NCBI GenBank assembly: GCA_963841915.1
Contig: CAWJEN010000005.1
Span: 896,001-960,000, forward strand
Source: an uncultured Planctomycetota bacterium
Lineage (GTDB): Bacteria > Planctomycetota > Phycisphaerae > Tepidisphaerales > Tepidisphaeraceae
Direction of reading: 5' to 3'
Length of the DNA: 64,000 nucleotides
Part shown: piece by piece, positions 51,637-60,763 of the stretch
How the letters are laid out: each line of letters starts with the position of its first letter
Numbering within the stretch: position 1 is the stretch's first letter
The notes under the pieces: generated by a model
The model's database searches: none
Told to the model about the DNA's origin: nothing
Seen by the model: only the letters and a program-made list of their open reading frames with translations
Translations under genes and position numbers: made by a program

Positions 51637-52836
51637 CTACAAGTCGTCTTCTACAAGGCGGATTGCCGTGACTGGGTGCTCGCTGCCCGGGTTGTCGACT
51701 TGATAGACATCGATCATGCCTTCTCCCTCAAGGCGAGTTATGCTCTCATACGAACGGCGGATGTCGAAGCCATCTTTGGCAAGGAAGCTCTTTACAAACC
51801 AAGAGATGCCAACAAAGCCGTTCTTCCGATGCATTCGCTCTTGCTGAGTCCGTAGACGATCGATGAGCACCTCGTCAGGGATGATATCGAAAACCTCATT
51901 GTTTCCAATCAGCGATTCCTGGATCGCTTCTCGTTCCTGCGGGGTGATGTTGATCTGAGGGGTTTTTGAATCTGCTTCTCGGATGATTGCTTTGATCTCC
52001 TCCGCTAGCTGCTCGCCTCGCTCTAAGTCGTCAGCCGTGAACAGATTACAGTGCGCTATCTTGTTCCTTAGCTTCTCAAATTCTTTCCACTTCTTGTCGA
52101 AGCCAGCATCTGCGAAAGACTCTTTAAAGAAACGCTGATAGTTAGTCTGCAATTCCGACTTGATCTGCCGAAGGGCTTCTGCAGTTTCTTCTGACTGGCG
52201 GATTCGGGAAACAATGTCTTCACGCGTTACGAATCCTGACGTCTGCGTGTGGACGATTTCTCCAAGTTCGCCAAAGTCGACAAGGTAGGCGTCCTGCGTC
52301 TTCTTGAGGAACTCTCCGAACACTGTTTCGTTCCCTTTCCGTCCCCTCGCTTTGCCAGCTACTTCTTTTCGAACCGTGATGTCCCACCATTCTGGACCTA
52401 CACGAGCGGATAGAAACTTAATCAAGTAGCCTCGAAGGAGGTTCTCGATTTGGTACAGATGGGGATACAGCTGACATGCCACATGTTCTGAGGCCTCATC
52501 CTTCACGACGTAGAGCAATTCGAAGTCCGCTTGCCGCTTCAAAAACTCGAGAAGCATGAGTCGTCGCCATTCAATCTCCTCGAATGCTCCGGATAATGAG
52601 ATGAAGAATGCTCGTCCGGCATCCTCATTGACCGAGTCATTTTCGACTTGAGTTGAGATGATTGCGAGCGTGGCAGAGCCATCAATGATTCTACAGTCGC
52701 TGTCTTGAACCACAGGTTCGCGCCATAAGTCGGAGTAGCCACGGAGTAAGTAGAGCAGGCTGCAGACGTCGCTCGAGCGCGTCTTGCCATTAGGATCGGC
52801 AGCGAGAAGCTCAAAGGTCAGCGATGGTGATACCAT
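51637..52836 (-). CDS. HEPN-domain (Swt1-like) putative RNase
   Basis: YQIENLLR...W WD, DFGELG, RNKIAH (Rx4H); visibly more AT-rich than its neighbours. Confidence 0.75.
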   Translation of the reverse strand: MVSPSLTFELLAADPNGKTRSSDVCSLLYLLRGYSDLWREPVVQDSDCRIIDGSATLAIISTQVENDSVNEDAGRAFFISLSGAFEEIEWRRLMLLEFLKRQADFELLYVVKDEASEHVACQLYPHLYQIENLLRGYLIKFLSARVGPEWWDITVRKEVAGKARGRKGNETVFGEFLKKTQDAYLVDFGELGEIVHTQTSGFVTREDIVSRIRQSEETAEALRQIKSELQTNYQRFFKESFADAGFDKKWKEFEKLRNKIAHCNLFTADDLERGEQLAEEIKAIIREADSKTPQINITPQEREAIQESLIGNNEVFDIIPDEVLIDRLRTQQERMHRKNGFVGISWFVKSFLAKDGFDIRRSYESITRLEGEGMIDVYQVDNPGSEHPVTAIRLVEDDL

Positions 52837-52863
52837 GCAGGCGTTTTAACAAGAACGGCACGC

Positions 52864-53979
52864 TCAATCCAGCCACTGCTTCTTCTTGAGCTTCGCCGGC
52901 ATGTACTCCTCCGTAATGAAGCTGAAGTCCTTGCTGCTGGCCGTTTCGAGTTCCATCTTCACGCCGCTCTTAAGCATCGCGGCGATCTCTTTTTGCCACG
53001 GCTTTTTGTTGGCGAACCAGGGGTAGGCGGCGATTTCCTTGAGCCGGTTGATGTCCTTGTCGTTGAGGTCGATCACGTTCGTGAAGCCGAACTCTTCGCG
53101 GTCGAAGGCACTCATGCCGATGAAGCGGGCCGACGGGATGGCCATGCGTTGGCTCTCGAAGGCGAGGTTGATCGAGCCCTGCTTGAGGACGCTGTAGATG
53201 TAGTAGCCCCACGGGTCGTTGTCGGCCAGGACGTAGACGGGGAGCTTGAGCTCCTTGTGCATGCGGTAGACCATCCGGCGGACGCCGCGCGGGGGCTGGC
53301 CGCCGCCGTGGATGATGGCGCAGTTGTACTTTTCCCAGAAACGGTCCTGGTTGAAGCGGTTCCAGACGGCACTCTTCTCGATGAGCAGGACGAACTTGGC
53401 GTCCGACTTCTTGAACTCGATGACGTTGGGCTCGACGATGGAGGGCACGCCCCAGCCGCCGGAGCCCATGCGCCCTAGGTCGATCGTGTCGCCGTTGTCG
53501 ACGATGGTCATCGGGCCGACCATGTTCCCCTTGTTCTCGGCGAACAGGCCCAGTTCCTCGCGAATCGAGCCGATGGTGACTTCGAGGTCCTCGATGATCG
53601 GGTCGGACTCGTCCTGGACGTCGAACGTGTTTTCCTTAGTCCCTTTGATGGTGTGCTTGCAGTGATAGAACATGTCACGGATCGAGGTCGTTTTGCCTTG
53701 ATCCGCCAGTTCCTTGCAGCCGCTGGCGACGAGCATGGTCTGCATGAACTTCTTGGCTTGGCCGAGGTTGAAGAAGTTCCGCCGCTGGGCCGCGTCGCCC
53801 ATCATGATGATCTTCTTTTTCTCGTCGAATGCGGCGTTGCTGAGCGACCGCGTCGGGATGTCGAAGCCGGGGTCTTCGCCGCGTTTGGCGTACTTGGCGA
53901 CATCGACGGCCATGCGTTCGAGCTTGTCGCTCGTGGTGCCGGTCTTTTTCTTGCGGGTGGCGGTGGGGGGTGGGCTCAT
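52864..53979 (-). CDS. top6A: DNA topoisomerase VI subunit A
   Basis: IRDMFY (catalytic Tyr), QDESD, TOPRIM IEK and DNDPWG, KMELE. Confidence 0.92.
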   Translation of the reverse strand: MSPPPTATRKKKTGTTSDKLERMAVDVAKYAKRGEDPGFDIPTRSLSNAAFDEKKKIIMMGDAAQRRNFFNLGQAKKFMQTMLVASGCKELADQGKTTSIRDMFYHCKHTIKGTKENTFDVQDESDPIIEDLEVTIGSIREELGLFAENKGNMVGPMTIVDNGDTIDLGRMGSGGWGVPSIVEPNVIEFKKSDAKFVLLIEKSAVWNRFNQDRFWEKYNCAIIHGGGQPPRGVRRMVYRMHKELKLPVYVLADNDPWGYYIYSVLKQGSINLAFESQRMAIPSARFIGMSAFDREEFGFTNVIDLNDKDINRLKEIAAYPWFANKKPWQKEIAAMLKSGVKMELETASSKDFSFITEEYMPAKLKKKQWLD

Positions 53980-54320
53980 GATGGTGCGTCCTTGCCTTGT
54001 TCTTGTTCCTGATACTGCTGTATGGCGTCGGCAAGTTCCTCAATGCGCTCTGCCGCTACGCGTTCGACGATCTGCATAGTGATCTTGAAATAGGCGTGTG
54101 CCAGCTCGTTTCGCATCCCGACGATCTGCCGCCAAGGGATAGTGGGCATGGCTTGTCGTGCTTCGTCGGGCAACCCACTTGCCGCCTCGCCGATGATCAT
54201 GATGTGGTAGATCAGCCACACCTCCCGAACCCGCGGCGGCAGTTCATCCGAGTCTCGGTAGAGCCGAATGGCTGCAATTGCCTTCAGAATGTCGGTTAGC
54301 CGTTTGCTGATCGTTCGCAT
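53976..54320 (-). CDS. HepT-like (DUF86) HEPN toxin
   Basis: IIGEAA...IPWRQIVGMRNELAHAY (Rx4HxY). Confidence 0.9.
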   Translation of the reverse strand: MRTISKRLTDILKAIAAIRLYRDSDELPPRVREVWLIYHIMIIGEAASGLPDEARQAMPTIPWRQIVGMRNELAHAYFKITMQIVERVAAERIEELADAIQQYQEQEQGKDAPS

Positions 54321-54334
54321 GATGAGCGATGGTT

Positions 54335-54655
54335 CTAGAGGTCAACGGCGTCCTCCAACACGCTTTGCAGCACATCGGCTTCGAGTCCTTCTTCCTGGCC
54401 GACGTCCACGCGAACGCCGAGAAGATCTTCCGTTTCAAGTCGAAATCCGACAAGATCAAGCAATGACGCGTCGTCTTCGAGGTTCACCAGCAGATCAAGA
54501 TCGCTGCTGTCACTTGCCTCGCCGCGAGCTACCGAACCGATGACGCGGATGTTCCTGGCCTTGTTCCTGCGGGCGATCTCGCAGATGGCACGTCTCTGAC
54601 TGCGGAGGCCATCAAGCGTCAGGAACCTTTGATTGTCGAGGGTGGCGGTAGCCAT
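54335..54655 (-). CDS. MntA-like minimal nucleotidyltransferase antitoxin
   Basis: GSVARGEASDSSDLD (GSx10DxD), LLGVRVD. Confidence 0.9.
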   Translation of the reverse strand: MATATLDNQRFLTLDGLRSQRRAICEIARRNKARNIRVIGSVARGEASDSSDLDLLVNLEDDASLLDLVGFRLETEDLLGVRVDVGQEEGLEADVLQSVLEDAVDL

Positions 54656-54670
54656 GACGTCGATTCTACC

Positions 54671-56593
54671 TCAGGCGGCGGCGTGTTGTTCCTGAACTTC
54701 GACGGCTTCGGTGACCTCGGGCTTGCCGTCGTCGCTGCCTTCGTCAACATCCTCCTCGACGCGGTCGATGACGACCACGTTGGCGTCGCCGTCGAGCTTG
54801 CCCGCCTTCTTGGCGGGCTTGATGAAGTTGCCCTCGTCGTCGAGTTGCCGGTCGGCGGTCTCGGTGCGGCTTTGGGCGACGTTGCGCAAATCTTCGAACA
54901 GCTTCTCCGGGTCGATGTCCGTCATTCGCCCGCAGGCGGCGACGACCTCACCGATGTACTTGGCGAAGACGTCGCGACGCTGGCCTTCGCGGGCAACGCG
55001 TTGTTTGCGCCGGATGTACGTGTTGAGCTTGCGGCCGCACTCCTTGATCGCCAGCGTGATCTCCTTGCGGATCTCGTCGTAGTCGGCGACGGCTTCCTTG
55101 CTCTCGCTCGTGAAGGGCACCCAGACGCTGGCCATGTGGACGAAGACGATCAGCGGTGCATCGGGCAGGCTGTTGCGCGGCTGGCTCATGCCGTAGTTGC
55201 GCCAGTTCGTCTGCACGACCGCCTTTGTGATGCTGCACGCGGCCGGCTGGTAAAGCAGCGGAACGCGGTTGGCGAAGCGGATGACCTTGGCTCCGTCGCC
55301 GGAGGTGATGTCGCCGCCGAACGCGATGCCGACTTCGATCTGGAACGGGTTGCCGCGGTAGACGGTGGGTTCGCGCGTCTCTGCCGTGTAGAACTCGGCT
55401 TTGATCTCCTTGAGCAGCCCTTTGAGAATCTGCTGCGGCCCGATCGGCACGAGGCAATCCGTCGGCGGATTCTGGATCTTCGTTTCGTTGATCGCGCTGT
55501 GGATCGCCTCGACTTGGCCGTGATCGAGCGTCGAGCAATAGCTCTGCATCGTGATGGTGCCGACCTTGGCCTTGCCGGCGATGTCGGTGATTTCTTTGGC
55601 CACCTTGTCGCTGACGCGGCTGAAGCTCTTTTGAAGGAAGTCGCCGAGCTTGCTGTGGTCGGTTTCCTTGAGCATCCGCATGAGCACGCCCAGCTCGACG
55701 CCGTACGGGTGCGGCTTGATCTCGTCGGGCGTGTCAGGCACTTCGTCGACCTCACGCGGGAAGACGCGGTGCTCGAGGTCGGGGGCGGTGTAGACGATTT
55801 TCGCGTGTGGATTCGCGATCGCCGTCTGCTCGAGGTACTCGTCGACGCTTGCCCGGCCGCGTTGGAACTTGCCTTCGAGGGTGATGCTGACGCTTGTGCC
55901 TTGGCGAACGTTTTCCCCGTCTTCTTCCCACTCGTCGAGCACGTCGTCGACCGTAATGTCAGGGCGGTTCTTTAGAGTGTCGATGGCCAACTCAAACCGG
56001 TGTGCTTTGGCCCGTGGGCCCGTTTTGCTGGTGATCTGAACCGGCTGTCCTGTCGTGAGCAGGCCGTACATGCCGGCGGCACTGATGCCGATGCCTTGCT
56101 GTCCGCGGCTCATGCGCAGGCGGTGGAACTTGCTGCCGTACAGCAGACGGCCAAACACGTTGGGCACCTGAGCCTTGACGATGCCTGGCCCGTTGTCACG
56201 CACGGTGACGCGGAACTTGCTGGCGTTGGTGAGTGACGGAACGATGTCGCCCTGTGTGTTGGCAGCTTCGTTCTCAGCCGCCAGCTCATCGGCTTCGGTC
56301 TGCTTCTTCGTCCGCTTGGCTTTCGCACCGCCATTGAGCGCCTCGATCGTGACGTGGATCTCGGGCAGAATGCCTGCCTCTTCACAGGCGTCCAGACAGT
56401 TGTCGACGGCTTCTTTGATCGTCGTCAGCAGGGCCTTACGCGGGTTGTCGAAGCCGAGCAGGTGGCGGTTCTTGGCGAAGAACTCGCTGACGGCGATCTC
56501 CTTCTGCTTCGTCGCCATCGACTCGGCAGTCGCATGGGTCTTGATCTTCTTGATCGGTGCAGTCGTGTCGCGGCTGTCAGTCTTCTTGGCCAT
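54671..56593 (-). CDS. top6B: DNA topoisomerase VI subunit B
   Basis: EFFAKNRHLLGF, KEAVDNCLDA, DNGPGI, SRGQQGIGIS, KPHP, RFANRVPLLY, VPFTSESKEA. Confidence 0.95.
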   Translation of the reverse strand: MAKKTDSRDTTAPIKKIKTHATAESMATKQKEIAVSEFFAKNRHLLGFDNPRKALLTTIKEAVDNCLDACEEAGILPEIHVTIEALNGGAKAKRTKKQTEADELAAENEAANTQGDIVPSLTNASKFRVTVRDNGPGIVKAQVPNVFGRLLYGSKFHRLRMSRGQQGIGISAAGMYGLLTTGQPVQITSKTGPRAKAHRFELAIDTLKNRPDITVDDVLDEWEEDGENVRQGTSVSITLEGKFQRGRASVDEYLEQTAIANPHAKIVYTAPDLEHRVFPREVDEVPDTPDEIKPHPYGVELGVLMRMLKETDHSKLGDFLQKSFSRVSDKVAKEITDIAGKAKVGTITMQSYCSTLDHGQVEAIHSAINETKIQNPPTDCLVPIGPQQILKGLLKEIKAEFYTAETREPTVYRGNPFQIEVGIAFGGDITSGDGAKVIRFANRVPLLYQPAACSITKAVVQTNWRNYGMSQPRNSLPDAPLIVFVHMASVWVPFTSESKEAVADYDEIRKEITLAIKECGRKLNTYIRRKQRVAREGQRRDVFAKYIGEVVAACGRMTDIDPEKLFEDLRNVAQSRTETADRQLDDEGNFIKPAKKAGKLDGDANVVVIDRVEEDVDEGSDDGKPEVTEAVEVQEQHAAA

Positions 56594-56780
56594 GATGGGT
56601 CGACGTCTTAAGGGCTTCCGTGCTCGGTCGTGTCGGCTTCGTGCCGTCGCTGATACGCCGGCCGTCTCGGCAGGATCGGCGAAACATGAGCGTCGCGTCC
56701 AATAACCGCAGCGGCTCGCGACAGATGTTAGTAGTGTGTTCGCATCGACGCAACCGCAACGCCAAGTCCGAACCTGCAGA

Positions 56781-56796
56781 TGGCACAGCCTTCGCA
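56781..56796 (+). promoter_or_regulatory. putative sigma-54 promoter
   Basis: TGGCACAGCCTTCGCA has the GG-N10-GC spacing; predicted +1 is about 56807, next to ATG 56808. Confidence 0.5.
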
Positions 56797-56807
56797 GGTG
56801 GTAAGGC

Positions 56808-57563
56808 ATGGCACGCTACGACGTCGAGACGGACCCACGCTACCTGCTGCCCGAAGCCCCGCCAGAACAAGACTACTACCTCGTTGAAGACGACGACGAC
56901 AGCTACGGCAAGGAGGCGGCAGTCGGTCTCGTCGGCCTCGCCCTGGCTGGTGTCGGTGGATACCTTGCCTACCGCTACTACCTCGGCGGCCAAAGCCGAC
57001 CGCACAGCGGTGGCAGGGCGTACCAAGATCACGGCGTCGATCCAACCGCCCTCTACGACCGTGGCCTGCACCTTCACGAGGCCGTCACCATCAACCAGCC
57101 ACGGAGCGAGGTCTACGACTACTTCCGCGACTTCAAGAATCACCCGCACTTCATGGAGAACGTCGAGTCGGTTCGCGTCGAAGGAACCGGCGGCGTCGGC
57201 ACCAAAAGTTACTGGAACGCCAAGGGACCGGCCGGCACAAGCTTCGAGTACGAGGCAGAAACCATCGCCGACGAGAAGGACAAGACGATCTCCTGGCGGA
57301 CGGTGAGTGACACGGCCGTCCAGCACGCAGGTACCGCGTTGTTCCGCGATGCACCCGGCGGACGCGGGACCGAGGTCCACCTCGAGGTTCAGTACCTGCC
57401 ACCCGGCGGCCAGACGCTCGGCGGGTTCGGCCGTTCGCTGCTCGGGCTCGTCGGCCAGGATCCTGACCGCATGGTCCGTCGCGGTTTGCGAAATCTGCAG
57501 CGGCTGCTCGAAACGGGCGAGCTGCCGACGATCGCCGGCCAGTCCAGGGGCAACTGCAAGTAG
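56808..57563 (+). CDS. SRPBCC (polyketide cyclase/dehydrase-like) protein
   Basis: VTINQPRSEVYDYFRDF...FMENVESV...APGGRGTEV...LLETGELPT. Confidence 0.88.
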   Translation: MARYDVETDPRYLLPEAPPEQDYYLVEDDDDSYGKEAAVGLVGLALAGVGGYLAYRYYLGGQSRPHSGGRAYQDHGVDPTALYDRGLHLHEAVTINQPRSEVYDYFRDFKNHPHFMENVESVRVEGTGGVGTKSYWNAKGPAGTSFEYEAETIADEKDKTISWRTVSDTAVQHAGTALFRDAPGGRGTEVHLEVQYLPPGGQTLGGFGRSLLGLVGQDPDRMVRRGLRNLQRLLETGELPTIAGQSRGNCK

Positions 57564-57614
57564 CGCCCTCCGCACCACCATGTCCCGCTCGATAACCACC
57601 TAAACCAAAGACTT

Positions 57615-58793
57615 ATGAAGGCTCTCACCTGGTGCGGCAAGCGCTCCGTCAACGTCGAAGATGTTCCCGACGCCAAACTCCTCAACCCGCGGGACTGCGT
57701 CATCAAGGTGACGACGACCTGCATCTGCGGTAGTGATTTGCACCTCTACGACGGGTACATCCCCCGCATGGAGAAGGGCGACATCCTCGGCCACGAGTTC
57801 ATGGGCACGGTCGAAGAGGTCGGCCCCGAGGCCAAGCAACGCCGTCCCGACCTCAACGTCGGCGATCGCGTCGTCATCCCGTTCACGATCGCATGCGGCA
57901 GCTGTTACTTCTGCCAGAACGAACTGTTCTCGTGCTGTGACAACTCCAACACGACGCCCGAAACGGCCCGCGAGCTATACGGCGCTGAGCCGTCTGGCCT
58001 GTTCGGTTACAGCCACATCCTCGGCGGTTATGCAGGCGGGCAGGCCGAGGCCGTGCGGGTACCGTTCGCCGATGTCGGACCGTTCAAGATCCCAGACGGC
58101 ATCACCGACGAACAGGCCGTCTTCCTGACCGACATTTTCCCGACCGGTTACCAGGCGGCTTACAACTGCGATCTGCAGGGCGGCGAAACGGTGGCGGTCT
58201 GGGGCTGTGGCCCCGTCGGTCAATTCGCCATCAAGTCTGCGTTCCTGCTCGGAGCCGAAAAGGTCATCGCCATCGACGACGTACCGGGCCGTCTCAAGCT
58301 CGCCGCCGAGGCGGGGGCGACGACGGTCGATTTCAGTGAGAATCAGGTGTACGAACGGCTGCAGGAACTCACCGGCGGGCGCGGGCCCGATGCCTGCATC
58401 GACGCGGTCGGCCTCGAAGCGCACGGCTTCGACATCGGTAACCTCTACGACCGCGCCAAGACGAGCCTCATGATGGCCACCGACCGTCCGGCCGTACTCC
58501 GGCAGGCGATCATGTCCTGCCGGAAGGCAGGCACCGTCAGCATTCCCGGCGTTTACGGCGGGCTGCTCGACAAGCTGCCCATGGGTGCCGCCTTCGCCAA
58601 GGGCTTGACCATGAAGATGGGCCAAACCCACGTCCACCGCTGGCTGCCCGAACTGCTGGGGCACATCGAGGAAGGCCGAATCGATCCGACGTGGATCATC
58701 AGCCACCGGATGCCGCTCGAGGAAGGGCCCAAGGGCTACGAGATGTTCGCTGACCACAAGAGCGAGTACACGAAGGTCATCCTGACGACTTAA
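57615..58793 (+). CDS. zinc-dependent alcohol/formaldehyde dehydrogenase (YbdR-like)
   Basis: ICGSDLH, GHEFMG, CGSCYFC...C, GCGPVG. Confidence 0.9.
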   Translation: MKALTWCGKRSVNVEDVPDAKLLNPRDCVIKVTTTCICGSDLHLYDGYIPRMEKGDILGHEFMGTVEEVGPEAKQRRPDLNVGDRVVIPFTIACGSCYFCQNELFSCCDNSNTTPETARELYGAEPSGLFGYSHILGGYAGGQAEAVRVPFADVGPFKIPDGITDEQAVFLTDIFPTGYQAAYNCDLQGGETVAVWGCGPVGQFAIKSAFLLGAEKVIAIDDVPGRLKLAAEAGATTVDFSENQVYERLQELTGGRGPDACIDAVGLEAHGFDIGNLYDRAKTSLMMATDRPAVLRQAIMSCRKAGTVSIPGVYGGLLDKLPMGAAFAKGLTMKMGQTHVHRWLPELLGHIEEGRIDPTWIISHRMPLEEGPKGYEMFADHKSEYTKVILTT

Positions 58794-58830
58794 CGGTTAG
58801 CCCGTGCAGCGACCCCGAGTTCTCACCGCC

Positions 58831-59202
58831 TTACCGCGTCGCGTGGCGTAGGACCTCGGTCTTGACGTTCTTGTCATCAACGAGCACGACGCTCGACTCG
58901 TGGTCGTGCAGCTCGTCGCGGTCGTAGTAGCAGAACGACAGCAAAATGACCTTGTGCCCAACGGCGGTCAGCCTCGCGGCCGCGCCTTTGACGCCGATGA
59001 CGCCGCTGCCGCGCTTACCGGGGATGACGTACGTTTCGAACCGGTTACCGTTGTCGCAGTCCGCGACGACGACGGCTTCGTTGACCAGAATGCCCGCCGC
59101 CTCCAGCAGGTCGGGGTCGACAGCGATGCTGCCGGGGTAGTCGATTTGAGTATCGGTCACGGTGACCTGGTGAATCTTGGCTTTGAGCAGCTTAGTCAAC
59201 AT
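58831..59202 (-). CDS. panD: aspartate 1-decarboxylase
   Basis: KAKIH, YPGSI self-cleavage site, NGNRFETYVI, GAAARL. Confidence 0.93.
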   Translation of the reverse strand: MLTKLLKAKIHQVTVTDTQIDYPGSIAVDPDLLEAAGILVNEAVVVADCDNGNRFETYVIPGKRGSGVIGVKGAAARLTAVGHKVILLSFCYYDRDELHDHESSVVLVDDKNVKTEVLRHATR

Positions 59203-59264
59203 CGGAAGAGCACCTTAGGAGCGTCGAGCCGACCACTCGCGTAGCAGGCGTCGGTCGCCGTGTC

Positions 59265-60566
59265 TTACCGCTGCTCGACCGGCTTGACCTCGCGTTCGCC
59301 GGGGCCGGTGTAGACCTGACGCGGGCGATAGATCTTGCCCTTCTGATCGCGCGTCTCTTTCCACTGTGCGATCCAGCCCGGCATGCGGCCGAGCGCGAAG
59401 AGCACGGTGAACATGTCCGTCGGCACGCCCATCGCCCGCATGATGATGCCGCTGTAGAAGTCGACGTTGGGGTACAGGTTCCGGCTGACGAAGTAGTCGT
59501 CGGCTAGTGCAACCTCCTCGAGCCGCTTTGCGATCTTCAGTAGCGGGTCGTTGTCCTTGTTCATCGCCTTCAGCACCGCGTCGGCCTGGCCCTTGAGAAT
59601 GCGGGCACGCGGGTCGTAGTTCTTGTAGACCGGGTGACCGAACCCGAAGAGGCGGTACTTCTTCTCCTTGACGCCGGCGATGAAGCTGTCGGGATCGAGG
59701 CTGTCGTCGTCGTGGATCTCTTGAAGCTGGTTCATGATCTCCACGTTGGCCCCGCCGTGCAGCGGGCCCCAGAGGGCACAGACGGCCGCGGCGCAGCTGG
59801 CGAACAGGTTGCAATGGCTCGAGCCGACCATGCGGCAGGTGCTGGCCGAGCAATTCTGTTCGTGGTCGGCGTGGAGCAGGAAGATCAGGTCGAGTGCCTT
59901 GGCCGTCGTCGGATCGACGTTGCCGCCCGAGATGCTCATGCCGAGGAAGTTCGTCGTGTAGTCCTTGCCGGCGTCGGGCATGGGGTGTTCGTCGTTCCCG
60001 TCGCGGTGGCGGTAGATGGCGGCAGCGAGGGTGGCCGTCTTGCCGAGCAGCTTCGCCGCCGACGCGTCGAAGTGGTTCGTGTAATCGACCTCCATGACTT
60101 CCGGGTGGTAGCCGCAGAGCCCGTTGAGGCAGGCTGACAGCATGGCCATGGGCGAGGCGTCACGCGGGAAGCCGTCGAGAATCTTGAGCAGTCCTTCATC
60201 AACCTCCGAGTGCTCGCCGACGAGCTTCAGGAAACTGTCGTGCTCGCTCTGATTCGGCAGGTTGCCGTAGATGAGCAGGTAGGCCGTCTCGAGAAACCCG
60301 GATCTCTCGGCAAGCTGTTCGATCGGGTGGCCGCGGTAGCGGAGGACGCCTGCTTCGGGGTTGATGAAGGTGATGTCGCTCGTGCACGAGCCTGTATTGC
60401 GATAGCCGGGATCGAGGGTGATGTGCTTCGTGGCCGACCGCAGGGCAGTGATGTCGATGGCCTGCTCGCCCTCGGTGCCGATGTAAACCTTCATCTCCTG
60501 GCTGACGCCGCCTGCGAGCGAGAGCGTGGCGGGCTGGTCGGTGGTGGCGGCGTCGGATGGAGGCAT
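59265..60566 (-). CDS. gltA: citrate synthase
   Basis: HADHEQNCS, GPLHGGAN, GFGHPVYKNYDPR, YPNVDFYSG. Confidence 0.96.
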   Translation of the reverse strand: MPPSDAATTDQPATLSLAGGVSQEMKVYIGTEGEQAIDITALRSATKHITLDPGYRNTGSCTSDITFINPEAGVLRYRGHPIEQLAERSGFLETAYLLIYGNLPNQSEHDSFLKLVGEHSEVDEGLLKILDGFPRDASPMAMLSACLNGLCGYHPEVMEVDYTNHFDASAAKLLGKTATLAAAIYRHRDGNDEHPMPDAGKDYTTNFLGMSISGGNVDPTTAKALDLIFLLHADHEQNCSASTCRMVGSSHCNLFASCAAAVCALWGPLHGGANVEIMNQLQEIHDDDSLDPDSFIAGVKEKKYRLFGFGHPVYKNYDPRARILKGQADAVLKAMNKDNDPLLKIAKRLEEVALADDYFVSRNLYPNVDFYSGIIMRAMGVPTDMFTVLFALGRMPGWIAQWKETRDQKGKIYRPRQVYTGPGEREVKPVEQR

Positions 60567-60763
60567 GGCCGAACAATAGCGGCGATCTCGGCCGGTCGAG
60601 ACGCGACAACTCTCGCCCGGCCACGACGCTTTGGCGGGCCGGGCATTATCGGGCCTGTTCATGATGAGAAGCCCGAAGCGTGCCGATGTGTTGTCAGGTT
60701 GCCGATGCTAACGTGTCGCTGCGCCGCAACCCTTGCCGGTGACGCATGTCCAATCGCCGAGCC

